Source: Lytechinus pictus
Taxonomy: Eukaryota
DNA length: 64,000 nucleotides
Direction of reading: 5' to 3'
Assembly (NCBI RefSeq): GCF_037042905.1
Contig: NC_087250.1
Location: forward strand, 19,718,001-19,782,000
Part shown: piece after piece, positions 62,421 through 64,000 of the stretch
Layout of the letters: each line of letters starts with the position of its first letter
Numbering within the stretch: the stretch's first letter is position 1
Program-made: the position numbers and the translations under genes
The notes under the pieces: model-generated
What the model saw: the letters and a program-made list of their open reading frames with translations, nothing else
The model's database searches: none
What the model was told of the DNA's origin: nothing

Positions 62421-64000
62421 TTACGGTTAATGCAATCAATCGTAGAAAAATGTTCCACGATCATTGCTAAGCTTTGTGTTACGGGCCCCTGATCATTCGC
62501 TTTTACGACGCATTTTCGAACATAGCTAATGTATTGCCAAATGTCCTTCATGACAATGAGGTCTTTGTCGATAGCTGAAATTAAAAAAAGAAGTTTCGTC
62601 CTGTACTAACCGCACAGAAACGTTGTTAGCGCTAACAGTGCACTAACGGCGGTCCTGTTACAACCGGTAATGTGGCAGCGATGTCTAATGTTACAACAAT
62701 GCATTGCTTAATATTGAAATAAATGTTCAACAATCCGAAAGATATGACTGGGCTTACTGTTGGCGCTCTGTTAGGCTAACAACGTTTCTGTGCGGTCGGC
62801 ACGGGACAAATTTTCGACAAAGACCTCCTAGCTGTGCATTGTTGACGGGCATTTAATTGTGTTCTAGAATTCATTCTGCTTGTTTGTGGGGGAAACTAGC
62901 TAATGCCGCTGTACGAGGGCGCTATTCAACAAGTCAGGGTACACGAATCAAGTCAATGCAAAGTGTCCCTTTATAAAAGTTTAATCAATCAGAATCGTGA
63001 TCTGTTAACCGCTAGAATATTACAGGTAGAAGTATGGTTTCGGACGTCTCTCTTCCCTTTCTGCTACTTCCCTGACTTCAGGTCCCGGGTTAGACTGAAA
63101 GGAAAATGAAAAAAAAAAATCATATTAAGCTAATAATCGTCCCACCATGTGGATTATTCGAATCACATGACTAAGTCATCACTTTTTTTTTCAAATTTAA
63201 GTTAAATTCAAATTTATTTCACCAAAGCAACAACTGACATGGCATTATAAACATTGGTTCCTTGGGAGCGTTTCATGAAAGGACCTGTCGGTCGTTTTAT
63301 CCGACAAGTCCCATTTTATCCGACAGTTACCATAGTAACAGTGCTTCTCAGCCAATCAGAATCAAGAAAAGTTGAAAGATCTGACAACCTGTCGACCGGG
63401 ACGAAAAAGTTGATGAACGCTTTCCAGATTAAACAGAGATACGTACAAGAAACATTAGGGAGCATGATTTAGTAGCGTACCAGTAGAGCGTTGTGGGGGG
63501 GGGGGGGAGGGGGGGCGGTAGTGGCGTACCTGTAGAGCGTTGTGGGGGGTATATCACGACAACTACTTAAAGATCAGGGGGCTATTTGAGGGTTTGAAAC
63601 TGTTGTAAATTTTCCATTATGGCAACTACCATGGTAACCTTGATTTTGATTGGCTGCTGAGTCATGTTTCTATGGTAGTTGCCATAATTGCAAAGTTACA
63701 ACAGAAACGAGCCCCGGATTTAAATGTCAATGACATTAATCATGAGATATCATGATATAGTAGTTGCCAAAACATGAGCTCAGCAAGTTAGCCAGAGTTT
63801 GATGTGACGGTGGGGGGGGGGGGGGTTCTTAGAGGAAGACTTTGTCCCCATTCCCTTTAGAATATGTTTCTTATCTAAGTGGAACACTTTCTAAAATGAA
63901 GTCAATGTAAGGGCGTGGTATGTAGGCATTTTATTTCCATAACGATAAAATGACAAATTGCCAATTCGTCTCCTGCCACCTCGTCCACTCACCACATGGT

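Overview
Eukaryotic, AT-rich, repeat-dense genomic DNA. The repeat landscape and GPCR type suggest a sea urchin or other echinoderm (inference). Three host genes are supported: (1) a 4-exon BET1L/GS15 Golgi Qc-SNARE (+, 19535-23364); (2) a probable 3-exon, ~208-aa uncharacterised protein with TIR/flavodoxin-like alpha/beta patterning (+, 34015-38909); (3) a class A GPCR with an intronless CDS and signal peptide (-, 40715-42037). The rest is mostly non-autonomous DNA transposons, many with readable TSDs: TTAA Kolobok-like, 8-bp hAT- and Merlin-like, 2-bp CACTA/EnSpm-like, CWG Harbinger-like, 3-bp and 9-bp Academ-like, and 6-bp IS3EU-like. There are also LINE remnants, a tRNA-derived SINE and tandem arrays. 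Most notable: a ~10.8-kb CCC-ended element (7580-18375) whose promoter/first-exon module is shared with a neighbouring, different CCC-ended element; a minimal hammerhead ribozyme downstream of BET1L in sense orientation; a 4.9-kb foldback carrying arrays of RFX X-box motifs; and an empty/filled site pair showing TTAA duplication. No CRISPR, rRNA or intact transposase was seen. Superfamily names are inferred from termini and TSD rules only.
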